Below, one piece after another: positions 61,883 through 64,000 of a stretch of 64,000 bases of DNA. The position numbers and the translations under genes were made by a program. The notes under the pieces are model-generated. The model saw only the letters and a list, made by a program, of their open reading frames with translations, did not search any database and was not told the DNA's origin. Where the stretch lies: NCBI RefSeq assembly GCF_006345805.1, contig NC_043005.1:16368001-16432000 (forward strand). Direction: 5' to 3'. Numbering within the stretch: the stretch's first letter is position 1; the number at the start of each line of letters is the position of its first letter. The stretch is from Octopus sinensis (lineage: Eukaryota).

Positions 61883-62167
61883 TAATGTAGGTTAAAAAAG
61901 TTTTTTCGGGAAAAAAATTTTATCAATGGCCAGCATATCAAAAAATATCTTTAAAGGTTAAATTTATAAATAATTTACAAAATAAGGGCAAAAGAAGAAA
62001 TTCTAATGCCAAATATGCCGAAAAAATGACAAAAATTGTCAATAACCATTATAATTTATGTGTCTTGTTTCGAGACGCATAAATTATAATGGTTATTGAC
62101 AATTTTTGTCTTTTTTTCGGCATATTTGGCATTAGAATTTTTTCTTTTGCCCTTATTTTGTAAATTA
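61878..62167. mobile_element. (TA)n-flanked element with a near-perfect ~95 bp-arm hairpin (family of 34398-34668, opposite orientation)
   Basis: Hairpin 61971-62167 with a ~5 nt loop at 62067-62071. The unique tail 61878-61970 is the reverse complement of ~34577-34668. Confidence 0.88.
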
Positions 62168-62177
62168 TATATATATA

Positions 62178-62225
<48 letters not shown>

Positions 62226-62613
62226 ATATATATATATATATATACACACAATTCATATATGGTTTACTGGAAACAGAAATTGTGCTTTTTATTTCTCCCA
62301 CCAAAACAATTTATTTTTTCTTATAATTCTATGGATAATATGTTTTTTTTCTTTCATTGGTTTCTAAGTCATTCAGTGACAACCATGCTGGAGCACCATC
62401 TTCAAATATTTTAGTCAATTATATTGACTCCAGTACTTTCTTACTTACTTTATTGATTACATGATGGGTGAAAAGCTGAACCAACCTGATGTAAAAGGAC
62501 CTGAACTCAGATGGGACTGAAAACCATAAGATTTCTGTTCAATGCACCGGTCTTGTTTTCTTTGGTCATCACATATTTGATAACCCCACACACACACACA
62601 CATACACTCATAT

Positions 62614-62850
62614 GGCAGCAAGCTGGCAGAAACATTAGTACACTGGGCGAAATGCTTAGCGGTATTTCGTCTGCCGTTACGTTGTGAGTTCAAATTCCGC
62701 CGAGGTCGACTTTGCCTTTCATCCTTTCGGGGTCGATAAATTAAGTACCAGTTATGCACTGGGGTCGATGTAATCGACTAAATACCTATATCTGTCCTTG
62801 TTTGTCCTCTCTGTGTTTGGCCCCTTGTGGGTAATAAAGAAATAGGTATT
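62614..62850 (+). mobile_element. SINE family B, full-length
   Basis: GGCAGCAAGCTGGCAGAAAC...GAGTTCAAATTCCGCCGAGGTCGACTTTGCC...TAATAAAGAAATAGGTATT. Confidence 0.92.
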
Positions 62851-63748
62851 TGTTTGTGTTTCTGTGCAAAGCCACCAAATACTCTATACACACCAGTTTT
62901 AGAAGTTTACGGTGTGTGTCAGTTATAATAGTGTTTTTGATAACATGGGAAAAATAGTGAAAAGATAATGATGACAATTATGTGTCTATATAAGGTAGCA
63001 AACAGGTAAAGTCGTTAAACCATCGGATACAATCCTCATCATTGCTTCAAAGTCTATTTTTTCATGCTTCCATTAGTGAGATGAAACTTTATTGGGTCAG
63101 AGCAAACAGGACACCCTTCCAGATGCCAACCTAAACTTGTTTTCAAGCAAGGTTGTAATCCCCTGTTCTACTGAACAACAAACCTGGACATGGTTAAATA
63201 GAGAACTGGGGAAAAATGACACCAGTTGTAGGAATGGTAAGTCTTTAGTTCACAAAGATCAAAGTGTGTCACAAATATCAGACAGGCTTTCATGGTATAT
63301 TGCAAGCAAAGCATATGACATTGTCAGTATGAACAGTGAGGCCTTTGTTTTCAATCAGTAAACACCTGTGAAGACAGGTGAGTACAAACTCACTCACAGA
63401 AATTCACAAATTCCCACACATTATACATATGTACATATTTATCATTATCATCGTCGTTTAATGTTTGCTTTCTATGCTGGCATGGGTTGGACAGTTTGAC
63501 TGAGAACTGGCAGGCCAGGACGCTGCACCAGGCTCCAATCTGATATGACAAGTGCTTGACAGTTGGATGACCTTCCTAATGCCAACCACTCCAAGAGTGT
63601 AGTGGATGCTTTTTACATGCCACTGACACAGGAACCAGTCAGGCAGCACTGGCATCAGCCATGCTCGAATGGTGCTTTTTATGTGCCACCAGCATGGGTG
63701 CCAGTCAGGTGGCACTGGCATCAGCCACACTTGACTCTGTGTGTGTGT

Positions 63749-63788
<40 letters not shown>

Positions 63789-64000
63789 TGTGTGTGGTGT
63801 GTGTGTTGTGTGTGTGGTGTGTGTGTGTGTGTTGTGTGTGTGTGATGGGCTTCTTTAGTTTCCATCTACCAGTTTCACACACACAAGGTATTGGTTAACC
63901 CACAGCTAAAATGGAGGACAGATTACTGGCCAACAGTAACCACAGAGTGGGATTGAACCTCAGACCAATTGGTTCCATAGCAATCATCTTAACCACACAA

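Overview
AT-rich, repeat-saturated animal genomic DNA. The mix of tRNA-derived SINE families and huge (TA)n/(CA)n/(AAT)n arrays looks to me like an octopod cephalopod (Octopus) genome; this is recognition-based inference, not a search result. Only two convincing coding exons were found, both on the minus strand (57832-57554 and 17941-17558). They have canonical splice sites, join in phase 0 across a ~39.6 kb intron and encode a low-complexity Ser/Lys/Pro-rich protein I cannot name. Almost all other ORF-track entries are microsatellite or repeat artefacts. The rest is retroelement and DNA-transposon debris: RTE, Tx1/L1, CR1-group and R4/Dong LINE fragments, several SINE families, Tc1/mariner fragments, a Helitron, a Helentron-type element and many palindromic MITE-like elements. 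The most notable signal is a set of hammerhead ribozyme (HHR) motifs in three unrelated short repeats. One type I hammerhead with a fully intact catalytic core lies at 58093-58198. Four decayed minimal copies lie at 18281, 26754, 43269 and 43625; the last two sit in a tRNA-headed element arranged as a ~510 bp inverted pair. A second theme is the stacking of R4/Dong-type retrotransposons and a non-coding ~550 bp element in (AAT)n microsatellites. Coordinates were counted by eye, so repeat boundaries are approximate.
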